DNA of 47,616 nucleotides from a virus (taxonomy: Duplodnaviria > Caudoviricetes), in IMG/VR virus record IMGVR_UViG_3300037785_000058, positions 1 through 47,616 of that record; one strand, given 5' to 3'. How positions within the stretch are numbered: the first letter of the stretch is position 1; every line of letters begins with the position of its first letter. The translations under genes were made by a program, and so were the position numbers. Under the pieces are notes generated by a model that saw only the letters and a list, made by a program, of their open reading frames with translations, made no database searches and was not told the DNA's origin. Below are positions 26,957-35,159 of the stretch, in pieces.

Positions 26957-27225
26957 GGCTCCGCATCCCCGCCCTCATGAGGGACGATGACATCGAAGTC
27001 GTCCCTGATCGCACCGCCCGCTTTCTGGCGGCAATCGACGAACTGAACGCGGCGTGGAGGGACATGCCGCGTGAAATCACCCCGTGGATTGACTGGAGGT
27101 CCCGCAGGGTCGTGGCGCAGATACGTCGCTTCGAAGCCGAGACCCTCAGCGAAGATCAACTCCGCGACCACCTCAAAACCATCGGCCTAGAACCATACAA
27201 CCCGAAAGGAAACGACCATGGCTGA
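26953..27225 (+). CDS. Hypothetical protein
   Basis: ATGA coupling. Confidence 0.55.
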   Translation: MRLRIPALMRDDDIEVVPDRTARFLAAIDELNAAWRDMPREITPWIDWRSRRVVAQIRRFEAETLSEDQLRDHLKTIGLEPYNPKGNDHG

Positions 27226-28054
27226 CGACAAGAAAGAACTGGTGACGACGCAGGGCGCGTCCGAACAGATGCCTGCTTTTATGCGGGGGCGCGGGTCGCA
27301 GGGGAGCGACAATTTCGATGCGACCGACGTCGTTATCCCCCGGATCAAGCTGCTGCAGGGGATCAGCCCCGAGGTGGAGGCGTATGACCACGCCAAGTCC
27401 GGCGAGTTCTGGTTCACCGGCCTTGATGAATCCGTCGGCCCGAACTTCCGCTTCGTGATCGCTGACCGGCGGAAGAAGTACCTGCTGTCCGCGCCGCTCG
27501 AAGATGGGCAGGGGGTGCTCGCTCGCGCCGACGACGCCGTGACGTGGGACCGCACCGGCAAGTGGTCGGTCAAGCTGAAGGGCGTCAAGCAGCCGGTGAC
27601 GTGGGAGATTGTTGACAAGGACGTGCAGAAGTCCGGCCTCGCCTCGTGGGGCACCTACAACCCCGACGACGAAGACTCGCCGCCCGCCGCGACGCTGTTC
27701 TACGACTACCTTGTGTTTCTGCCCGACCACCTCGAATACGGCCCGGCGGTCATCAGCCTCGCCCGATCGCAGATCAAGCCTGCGAAGAAGGGCCTGAACG
27801 ACAAGATCACCCTGCATAAGTCGCAGGGCCGTCCCCTGCAGGGCCTCATCTTCGAGGCGGTCAGCGTCAACGAGACCAGCGACAGCGGCGACTTCAAGAA
27901 CTGGAGCTTCCGAAGCGGTGGGTTCGTGCAGGACGAGGCGCTGTTTAATATGGCAATGGAACACGCCGGGTCGCTGGCGACCGTTAAGATCGGTGACGAG
28001 GCGTCGACCGACGAGAAGCCCGTCGTCCACGACGACGGCGAGGGCAAGTTCTAA
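27218..28054 (+). CDS. Putative ssDNA-binding/annealing protein
   Basis: DVVIPRIKLLQGISPEV motif and acidic C-terminal tail ending in F. Upstream of the DNA polymerase. Confidence 0.6.
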   Translation: MADDKKELVTTQGASEQMPAFMRGRGSQGSDNFDATDVVIPRIKLLQGISPEVEAYDHAKSGEFWFTGLDESVGPNFRFVIADRRKKYLLSAPLEDGQGVLARADDAVTWDRTGKWSVKLKGVKQPVTWEIVDKDVQKSGLASWGTYNPDDEDSPPAATLFYDYLVFLPDHLEYGPAVISLARSQIKPAKKGLNDKITLHKSQGRPLQGLIFEAVSVNETSDSGDFKNWSFRSGGFVQDEALFNMAMEHAGSLATVKIGDEASTDEKPVVHDDGEGKF

Positions 28055-28314
28055 TGGCCTTCGAAGGTGAAGCGCGCGACGAGGTGGCGCGCATCTTGAA
28101 GGAGGTGGCCCGTGAAGGGCTGCCTCACCCCCGTAATCTTGATGCCGCCATAGACGCGATCTATGAGGCGGTCAGGGGGTCCGGGGAACCTGTCATGAAG
28201 GTGGAAGACGTCGACGCTGGCGAGTTCTATTACGCCGAGGGCCACGATAGAACTGACGCCACTGAGATGTTCGGCACCGCCATCGTCGTTCAGAAAGGGA
28301 GGCTTTTGCTGTGA
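28054..28314 (+). CDS. Hypothetical protein
   Basis: TAATG coupling. Confidence 0.6.
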   Translation: MAFEGEARDEVARILKEVAREGLPHPRNLDAAIDAIYEAVRGSGEPVMKVEDVDAGEFYYAEGHDRTDATEMFGTAIVVQKGRLLL

Positions 28315-28520
28315 CCCGTTATCGCAAAGAAACCGAATACGTCGAGGTGCAGGTGCATTGCCACGCTGAGACGACCAAGGCAGCTTTGCTGTCGCCCGAT
28401 GGGCAGGTGACCAGCGCCGTCTGGATTCCGAAGAGCCAGATCAGGGGGTCAGTCACCCGCGACAAAGATGCGACGATCGAAATCGCAGAATGGATCGCGG
28501 AGCGGGAGGGCCTGATCTGA
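28311..28520 (+). CDS. Small hypothetical protein (TxKA...WIPKSQ family)
   Basis: GGGAGG RBS and GTGA coupling. Confidence 0.65.
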   Translation: MTRYRKETEYVEVQVHCHAETTKAALLSPDGQVTSAVWIPKSQIRGSVTRDKDATIEIAEWIAEREGLI

Positions 28521-28921
28521 TGTTACCCAGAGCAGGGAGTATGTGGCGGCACCGCAAGACCAACGGTCTTTATGTCGTGGTCGGCGGAGGGCGTCTAGAG
28601 TCGGAATGGGTGGCGTCTGTTTCGTATATGGCCTTGAATGGGGACAGCACCATCATTCATCGGGCTGCGACCGAGTTCATGGATGGCAGGTTCGAACACG
28701 TTCCCAACCATGTCATTCAGAAGGCCATGGAGGCCGACGCCGAGGGCGACGCGAAAGAGACTGTGTTGCCGAGTGGCGAGTGGGAGCCGATCCCCTGTCC
28801 TTGTGGCCATTCTGCCTGTAGAGACTGGATGATTCGTCCGGTCGCGGCGGTGCAGGGGGTCTCCTTCACAAAAGAAGAGGCTATTGCCGTCTGCGAGGCC
28901 CACAACAGAGGCTTGATTTGA
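28520..28921 (+). CDS. DUF1653-like domain protein with a Cys-rich C-terminus
   Basis: WRHRKTNGLYVV...VSY...HRAATEFMDGRF; CPCGHSAC. Confidence 0.55.
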   Translation: MLPRAGSMWRHRKTNGLYVVVGGGRLESEWVASVSYMALNGDSTIIHRAATEFMDGRFEHVPNHVIQKAMEADAEGDAKETVLPSGEWEPIPCPCGHSACRDWMIRPVAAVQGVSFTKEEAIAVCEAHNRGLI

Positions 28922-30777
28922 TGATCGATCTGGCAGCGAATGCTGATAAGGCCCTGCGCATCGCAGCGGAGGCACATGATATCTCTTACGACACCGAAAC
29001 GAGTGGGGTGGACTGGAGGTTCAACAACCCCGTGGGGTATGTGTTAGGTGCTCCGGGGAAAGATGGGGTGCTACGGCAGGAGGACGTCGTATACGTGCCG
29101 GTGCGGCACGGGGGCGGGGGAAACCTACTGGACGACGTCAAGCCGCTCCAGACGCCCACAGACCCTATCACTCCGTCCCGTTTCGAGACCGCGCTGGGTA
29201 AGGCATTCGCCGCCAGACCTACGACGAAGGGCCGGATCATCGGTCACAACATCAAGTTCGACTGCCACATGTCTGCAAACGCCGGGATCTACCTTGGTCG
29301 CCGCATGGCATGCACCCAGCTGCAAGAGGCGCTTCTGGACGAATACACGAAGTCATTCAGCCTCGATTCCTGTGCTCAGACTCATGGCGTCACGGCGAAG
29401 CTAGGACAAGACTTGTATAACGTTCTGTCGGCCAATTTCGGTGGTCCGGCGGAACGGAGCAGCATGCAGTATTTCTGGCGCATCGCTGGCAACGATCCTA
29501 CAGCTTACGATTACGCTACGGGCGATGGCGTCTCGACGTGGGAACTGTATCAGTCGCAGGTCCAGAAGCTGCAGGAAGAAGACCTCCAGTTGGTGACGGA
29601 CCTCGAAAATGATCTGATCTGGACGGTGTTCCGTATGGAGCGCCGGGGCATACGGGTTGATCGAGATCGGATTGACCAGTTGCGCCAAGCCACGGAGGCG
29701 CGCATCCGGGAATTGCTGACGAAGTTCCCAGTGGGTTTCAACGTCCGGTCCCCCAAGATGATGAAAGAGGCGATGGAGGCGGCGGGTCACACTGACTGGC
29801 CGACGACCGAGCGAGGCAATCCGTCTTTCACTGAGAAGTGGCTGTCCAAGCACGACACAGGGCGGGCGATCATCGACATTCGTCGCGCTAGTAACCTTCT
29901 CAATTCGTTTGTTGGACCTCTCGAAGAGCGCCATTTGTTCAAGGGCCGGGTCCATGCCACGCTCAACCAGCTTAAGAGCGACCAGATGGGCACCATTTCG
30001 GGTCGGTTCAGCTGCAACTCGCCCAACCTACAGCAGGTTCCGAAGCGCGTGAAGGAGGTGGCCAAACCGTTCCGGCGATTGTTCGTTGCGGATGAGGGGT
30101 ACATCTTTTGGGAGCGGGACTATTCTCAGTGTGAACCCCGTTTGTTCGCTCACTACTCGCAAGATCCCAATCTGCTCGACGGCTACAACTCGGAGCCATT
30201 CGTGGACGCACACTCGGTCACAGCTAAGCTGCTAGGCGTCGAAAGAGACCCTACGGCCAAGAGGATGAACATGGGCATCCTCACTGGAATGCAGGTTCGC
30301 GCGTTGGCTGGCCATATGGGTTGTAGCGAAGCCGAGGCACGCATCATGTGGAACAATTGGTATGCCGCTTATCCAGGCATCCGTCAGTTCCAAGACAAGG
30401 CCAAGACGAGGCTGCAGAACCGGGGATATGTCCACACTCTTCTCGGTCGCCGAGGCAGATTGGAGCATCGCCGCTTCGCGTACCGGGGCGTCAGCAAGAT
30501 CATTCAGGGTAGTAACGCCGACATCGTGAAGTACAAGCTACTCGAAGCGGATCGGCTTTGCGAAGATAACGGTGACATCGTGCAGGTTCACATGACCGTG
30601 CACGACTCCTACAACGGACAATACCAGGACACGCCCGAGGCCCGGAAGCTGTTCGAACACATGGTGCACCGCATGGAGCAAGTGCAGGAAGAACCGTTCA
30701 ATCTCTCTGTGCCCTTCGTGATGGAGGGCGAAGAAGGCGGCGACTGGTGCGAGGCAACATTCGGAGTCGATGACTGA
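28921..30777 (+). CDS. polA: Family A DNA polymerase with 3'-5' exonuclease; candidate Z-selective DpoZ
   Basis: Exo I DTETSG, Exo II GHNIKFD, Exo III YATGD; SGRFSCNSPNLQQVP; motif A DYSQCEPR, motif B AKRMNMGILTG, motif C VHDS. Confidence 0.95.
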   Translation: MIDLAANADKALRIAAEAHDISYDTETSGVDWRFNNPVGYVLGAPGKDGVLRQEDVVYVPVRHGGGGNLLDDVKPLQTPTDPITPSRFETALGKAFAARPTTKGRIIGHNIKFDCHMSANAGIYLGRRMACTQLQEALLDEYTKSFSLDSCAQTHGVTAKLGQDLYNVLSANFGGPAERSSMQYFWRIAGNDPTAYDYATGDGVSTWELYQSQVQKLQEEDLQLVTDLENDLIWTVFRMERRGIRVDRDRIDQLRQATEARIRELLTKFPVGFNVRSPKMMKEAMEAAGHTDWPTTERGNPSFTEKWLSKHDTGRAIIDIRRASNLLNSFVGPLEERHLFKGRVHATLNQLKSDQMGTISGRFSCNSPNLQQVPKRVKEVAKPFRRLFVADEGYIFWERDYSQCEPRLFAHYSQDPNLLDGYNSEPFVDAHSVTAKLLGVERDPTAKRMNMGILTGMQVRALAGHMGCSEAEARIMWNNWYAAYPGIRQFQDKAKTRLQNRGYVHTLLGRRGRLEHRRFAYRGVSKIIQGSNADIVKYKLLEADRLCEDNGDIVQVHMTVHDSYNGQYQDTPEARKLFEHMVHRMEQVQEEPFNLSVPFVMEGEEGGDWCEATFGVDD

Positions 30778-31016
30778 TGGGCTATGAATATGTTGTATTC
30801 GAAGGAGTGGTCCTCCAGCGAACCGCTCGGGGGGTTCTGTTCCAAGGCCACTATTGGGAAGCACCCCTATGGTTGCCTACTTCGCAGACTTTGCACGAAC
30901 CCGACGGCGACATGGCGTGCGTGATGGGCGTCAAATCGTGGCTGGCTAGCAAGAAAGGCCTAAGCGAGTTCACCCAGTACAGCGAAGAAGAAATCAAGCT
31001 GATAGCAGGGGTGTGA
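30777..31016 (+). CDS. Small hypothetical protein (WxPxSQ family)
   Basis: TGATG coupling; RTARGVLF...LWLPTSQ. Confidence 0.6.
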   Translation: MGYEYVVFEGVVLQRTARGVLFQGHYWEAPLWLPTSQTLHEPDGDMACVMGVKSWLASKKGLSEFTQYSEEEIKLIAGV

Positions 31017-31447
31017 TGGCGAAGACTCCCAGAAAAGAATTGAAGTTCCAGGATCACTTGATCGACAGCTACCGATTAGTGGGTGGTCACGCGCACAAGT
31101 GGGCCTCAGAGTGGCTTATAGGGGTGCCTGATTTGGTGTGTTGTCTGCCGACAATAGGCGTCCATTTGATTGAGGTCAAGCACATTCCTATACTCAGCTT
31201 GGGACAGAAGAACCCTATGACCGCTAAACAAGTATACGAGTGCAAGCGGTATAAGGACGCGGGCGGTCTGGTGTTCTTGGCTGTGGTGAAGGGGGGACCA
31301 GAGGCGCGAGCCACACAGGTGGCTCTTTTTGACGTCAGCAACGAAAAATTGTACGATCCTCTATCGGGCTGGCACCCTTACGTTCCCGGCAAGAAATACG
31401 ACGTCACCCGCATGGCAATAAAAGCTGTGCAACAAATGGAGAGTTAA
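31016..31447 (+). CDS. PD-(D/E)xK nuclease (VRR-NUC / Holliday junction resolvase-like)
   Basis: E..FQ...GVPDL...LIEVK...Q motifs. Confidence 0.8.
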   Translation: MAKTPRKELKFQDHLIDSYRLVGGHAHKWASEWLIGVPDLVCCLPTIGVHLIEVKHIPILSLGQKNPMTAKQVYECKRYKDAGGLVFLAVVKGGPEARATQVALFDVSNEKLYDPLSGWHPYVPGKKYDVTRMAIKAVQQMES

Positions 31448-31449
31448 GA

Positions 31450-31749
31450 ATGAGCGACGATGAACTGAGGTCAATCCTGAATGAAAGGGGCAGAAACTAT
31501 GGCCCCTTTTCGGGCCACGCTGACGCAACACAGTCCATCAAGAGGGCATGTCAGCGTCATTTGAACAAAAATGAGCGCTTCGATGACCTGAGCTATAAAG
31601 ATCAGGCTGTGGTTCTTGAAGCGCTAGACATGATTGCCCATAAGATCGGACGCATCGTCAACGGAGACCCGCTGTTCAAAGACAGTTGGGACGACATTGC
31701 CGGGTATGCTCGCCTCGTGCCCGAACACACAGGAGACAAAGATGCATGA
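31450..31749 (+). CDS. DUF6378-like helical protein (nucleotide-metabolism associated)
   Basis: ILNERGRNYG...KIGRIVNGDP..KDSWDDIAGYA. Confidence 0.7.
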   Translation: MSDDELRSILNERGRNYGPFSGHADATQSIKRACQRHLNKNERFDDLSYKDQAVVLEALDMIAHKIGRIVNGDPLFKDSWDDIAGYARLVPEHTGDKDA

Positions 31750-32791
31750 ATACTGTCAGGCCTTGACCCATGAAGGGTATCTGGCCGAAGGGGCGAATTT
31801 TCTCGTGGACGGCCAGTATGGTAGCACGGGGAAGGGACTCGTCGCTGCGCTTATGGGCGAGAACATGCCCTACGCAACCAACCGGGTCACCAGCAACGCA
31901 GGCCCGAATTCGGGACACACCAGCTTCATTGGTGGCAAGAAGGTCGTGCTGCAACAGCTGCCTTCTTTCGCCGTCGCTGCGGCTCGGCATCGCAATACGC
32001 CCATCGAGGTTCTTCTCAACGCAGGAGCGGTGATTGACCCCTCGATCTTGACCAGAGAAATTAGTCAACACGGCACCAACATCATCGTCAGGGTACACCC
32101 CAACGCCGCTGTGGTCACTGAGAGTGCCCTTCGCCATGAAACCGGGATGCACGAAAGAATCGGCTCGACTGGCAAGGGCGTCGGGGCAGCGATCGCGGCC
32201 AAGGTGATGCGAGAGCCTCTCGCTGTTGCTTCCCAACACGTCGCGGCACTGGAGGGCGCGGGGGTGCAGTACGCCATCCGACTCGGTCGCAAGGCGCCCC
32301 AGTTCGTCGAAGTGTCGCAGGGGTTCAGTTTGAGTTTGAATGCAGGAGGGTTTTATCCGTACTGCACAAGCCGAGACTGCACGGTGCAGCAGGCTCTTAC
32401 CGACGCAGGGCTGCATCCTCGTGATTATCATCAGGCCATCGCGGTCTACCGAACCTTCCCCATCCGGGTCGCGGGTTCCTCTGGGCCGATGTATTCGGAC
32501 CAGCAAGAGATATCGTGGCAATCGATCGGCCAGAAGCCCGAGATAACGACCGTGACGAAGAAAATCCGCAGGTTGTTTACGTGGTCGCGTCAGCAATTCA
32601 AGGCCTCGGTTGCTTGGAATCGTCCAGAACATCTGTTCATCAACTTCATGAACTACCTCAATCCTGAGGATCGAATGCCGTTCCTGCACCAAGTGATTTC
32701 TGACTACAAGGACGTCATCGGGCTTCGACCCCTCACCGTGGGATTGGGCTTCGGCCCCAAACCCGAAGACGTGGAGATGTACCAGATATGA
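31742..32791 (+). CDS. purZ: N6-succino-2-amino-2'-deoxyadenylate synthase (PurA paralogue)
   Basis: DGQYGSTGKG has Ser in place of the catalytic Asp of PurA GDEGKG. Also NAGPNSGHT, RIGSTGKGVG, SQGFSL, YPYCTSR, RTFPIRV, TTVTKKIRR and INFMNY. AGGAG RBS; 349 aa. Confidence 0.93.
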   Translation: MHEYCQALTHEGYLAEGANFLVDGQYGSTGKGLVAALMGENMPYATNRVTSNAGPNSGHTSFIGGKKVVLQQLPSFAVAAARHRNTPIEVLLNAGAVIDPSILTREISQHGTNIIVRVHPNAAVVTESALRHETGMHERIGSTGKGVGAAIAAKVMREPLAVASQHVAALEGAGVQYAIRLGRKAPQFVEVSQGFSLSLNAGGFYPYCTSRDCTVQQALTDAGLHPRDYHQAIAVYRTFPIRVAGSSGPMYSDQQEISWQSIGQKPEITTVTKKIRRLFTWSRQQFKASVAWNRPEHLFINFMNYLNPEDRMPFLHQVISDYKDVIGLRPLTVGLGFGPKPEDVEMYQI

Positions 32792-33096
32792 CTTTGCAAA
32801 TCCCGCTGCCGCCCGAAATGGAGCCGTACAGGACTGATCTAGAGTATTTCTTCAATACCATGGTCCGTAAGTTGTATTGCAACCGCCACAAGGGGACAGG
32901 ATCCGACTTGAACCCGGTAAATATGCTGTCGCTCTGCAGCCGAGAACTCGCCGAAGCGGAAAAGGCTATGGCACATGAAGGCCAGTTTCAGTTTCTGGTG
33001 GAGTGCTGCGATGTTGCGAATATGGCGTTTCTGGCCACTCGTGGAGCGCTACAACTGACAAGGGAGGAATTCGATGCAGTCGCACGATCTGAATAG
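32788..33096 (+). CDS. MazG-like all-alpha NTP pyrophosphohydrolase; candidate MazZ equivalent
   Basis: ExxE (ELAE) and ExxD (ECCDVANMA) metal motifs. Sits between purZ and datZ. Confidence 0.6.
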   Translation: MTLQIPLPPEMEPYRTDLEYFFNTMVRKLYCNRHKGTGSDLNPVNMLSLCSRELAEAEKAMAHEGQFQFLVECCDVANMAFLATRGALQLTREEFDAVARSE

Positions 33097-33598
33097 AATC
33101 CGAAGGCTTTCGATGGTGCCTCGCTGGTGCGTGGTGCCGACCATACGACAGCAGAGCGTGGCGGAGCATGTTTTCCAGGCGACGCGGACCGCCATGTGGC
33201 TTTATGACTTATACTGGCCGCTCACCGATCGGGGTCCCTCTACAAAACTGGCTCTGATTGACCACGTGTTGTCTCATGACGATGACGAAGCGGTGACCGG
33301 AGACATGCCTTCTCCTGTCAAGGGTCGCAAAAACCCGAAAGAGCTGAGCCAGATCGAGCTTATGGCTAAATGCGCGGATTATCTGGAGGCGATAGCGTTC
33401 CTGCAAGAAGAACGCAACATGGGTAATCAGTTCGGGATCGGGGTGCTAATGGCTGACCTCGTTGATAGGCTTGACTCATACTGGCTTTTGTTGAAAATCG
33501 ACGTTGAAAAGCCCCAAGTAGAGAAGCTCGTCACAGATTTTCTGAGGGCCTCGGTCAGGCCCAACAATCATCCGGCCATGGCGGAGGGCCAGTTTTGA
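33074..33598 (+). CDS. datZ: HD-domain phosphohydrolase; dATPase DatZ-like
   Basis: RLSMVPRW...QSVAEH...HDDDEAVTGDMPSPVK...KCADYLEA. Adjacent to purZ. Confidence 0.8.
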   Translation: MQSHDLNRIRRLSMVPRWCVVPTIRQQSVAEHVFQATRTAMWLYDLYWPLTDRGPSTKLALIDHVLSHDDDEAVTGDMPSPVKGRKNPKELSQIELMAKCADYLEAIAFLQEERNMGNQFGIGVLMADLVDRLDSYWLLLKIDVEKPQVEKLVTDFLRASVRPNNHPAMAEGQF

Positions 33599-35079
33599 AA
33601 CCTGAGTGGCTATTGGACTCGGAACCGAGAGCGGTGCAGGAAGAGGCCCTGCGCCGCTCGTACTATGGGTTCAAGATGTATGACCACAAAGACGCAGAAC
33701 CCAACGTGCGCCCTTTTCGAAACGGCCCCGACGAGGGCTGGGGGCATTTCTTGGCGATGCGCCTAGGCAAGACGCCTCTAGCTCTGAACGAATCTATGCT
33801 GTTCAACAAGCATTATAGCCTAGACACGATGGTTGCTGTGTGCCCGAACAGCTTCAAGAATGGGTGGGCCACAGAGGCAGAAAAATCCGGGTTCGACCGC
33901 CCATGGGTGATTTACGAGACGTCCAATGCAGCGCAGGCTTTGAGGGAATACAAAGCAGCGAAGGGGGCATGCGGCATATCTATTAACTACGAGGCGCTTA
34001 AGCAAGATAAGACCAAAGCGTTCTTTGATGAGGTGGATATGTCTCGGGTTTACTTGGTTCTGGACGAGAGCATCAAGACTAAGAATCCGAATTCTCTGCA
34101 GTCCAAGGCAGCTCGTGACTTGGCTTCACAAGCAGGAGTTGTCCGTTGTTTGACGGGTCTCCCTATGACGCAGGGGCCTCACGATCTTTATGCGCAGCTT
34201 CGGGCTATACGGCGCTTCAATGGGAAGAATTTTTTCTCCTTTCGTAACCGTTTTTGCAAGATGGGAGGGTTTAAAGGCAAAAAGGTCGTCGGTTCCCGCA
34301 ATGAAGAAGAGCTGCAGGGCTATCTTGACAGCTGCAGCTTCTTGGCGAAACGCGCTCAATGGGGTCGCTCCATAGGAGAGGACTACCACATCGAAGGACT
34401 AAGGATGACCAGCGCGATGGCGAAGCTATACAAGGAAATGGACGAGGACCTGATCGCTTATCTTGATAGTGGTGAGGTGGTCAGCGCTGATCTGGTCCTT
34501 ACTAAGCTCGGTAAATTAGCCCAGATCAGCTCCGGCTTCGTGTATGTCGATGGCGAATGCCGGATGATCGAGGACCCGCGCAAAACGCCCAAAATGGAGA
34601 AACTCATCGACATGCTAGAAGAGACTAGCGAAAAGATGGTTGTAGTGTATAATTATAAACCGTCTGGAAATGCATTGATGGAGGTACTCCAGAAATATGA
34701 GCCTACATGCATTCGGTCCAGTGAGTGGATGAAAAAGAACGACCGTGACCCAGAGACCGAAAAGAAGCGCTTTAACCATAGCCGCTCCAGTCGGGTGATG
34801 CTGTTGCAAACCACCAGTGGAAAGTATGGGCACGACCTCACTGGCACCGTCGATGATCGGTGCTCCCGCATGGTGTTTTATGAAGGGACGTATAGCCTCG
34901 ATGATCGTATTCAAATCGAAGCGCGCGTCCAGACCGCTTACCAGAACTGGCCAAATGATTACCATGATTTCGTTTGCTCGCCCATAGAAGGTCAGGCCAT
35001 CAAGGCCATTCAAGCGAAAGAAGACGTAGCGGAAGCGGTCATAGGGCGATTTAGAGGGTCTTCCAACGTGGCCCATTGA
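33595..35079 (+). CDS. SNF2-family (SF2) helicase
   Basis: Walker A-like MRLGKT, INYEAL, Walker B VLDES, LTGLP and C-terminal RIQIEARV. Confidence 0.85.
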   Translation: MKPEWLLDSEPRAVQEEALRRSYYGFKMYDHKDAEPNVRPFRNGPDEGWGHFLAMRLGKTPLALNESMLFNKHYSLDTMVAVCPNSFKNGWATEAEKSGFDRPWVIYETSNAAQALREYKAAKGACGISINYEALKQDKTKAFFDEVDMSRVYLVLDESIKTKNPNSLQSKAARDLASQAGVVRCLTGLPMTQGPHDLYAQLRAIRRFNGKNFFSFRNRFCKMGGFKGKKVVGSRNEEELQGYLDSCSFLAKRAQWGRSIGEDYHIEGLRMTSAMAKLYKEMDEDLIAYLDSGEVVSADLVLTKLGKLAQISSGFVYVDGECRMIEDPRKTPKMEKLIDMLEETSEKMVVVYNYKPSGNALMEVLQKYEPTCIRSSEWMKKNDRDPETEKKRFNHSRSSRVMLLQTTSGKYGHDLTGTVDDRCSRMVFYEGTYSLDDRIQIEARVQTAYQNWPNDYHDFVCSPIEGQAIKAIQAKEDVAEAVIGRFRGSSNVAH

Positions 35080-35104
35080 CACACACGCTCCGCCGTGGTA
35101 TAGT
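35076..35104 (+). promoter_or_regulatory. Near-consensus sigma70 promoter
   Basis: TTGACA-17bp-TATAGT. Confidence 0.85.
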
Positions 35105-35156
35105 GAGGTATAGATCGGTATAGATCGGTATAGATCGGTATAGATCGGGATAAAGC
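35097..35156 (+). repeat. 10-bp tandem repeat GGTATAGATC x4, plus 2 degenerate flanking units
   Basis: Perfect units at 35107, 35117, 35127 and 35137; degenerate units at 35097 (includes the -10 box) and 35147. Confidence 0.95.
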
Positions 35157-35159
35157 ACG

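Noticed and set aside
31742-32791. Annotation as ordinary adenylosuccinate synthetase purA (auxiliary metabolic gene)
   Set aside because: The catalytic Asp is replaced by Ser, the GTP-specificity motif is altered, and datZ-like and MazG-like neighbours point to purZ.
35097-35156. CRISPR-like mini-array
   Set aside because: The units are contiguous 10-mers without spacers, and there are no cas genes.
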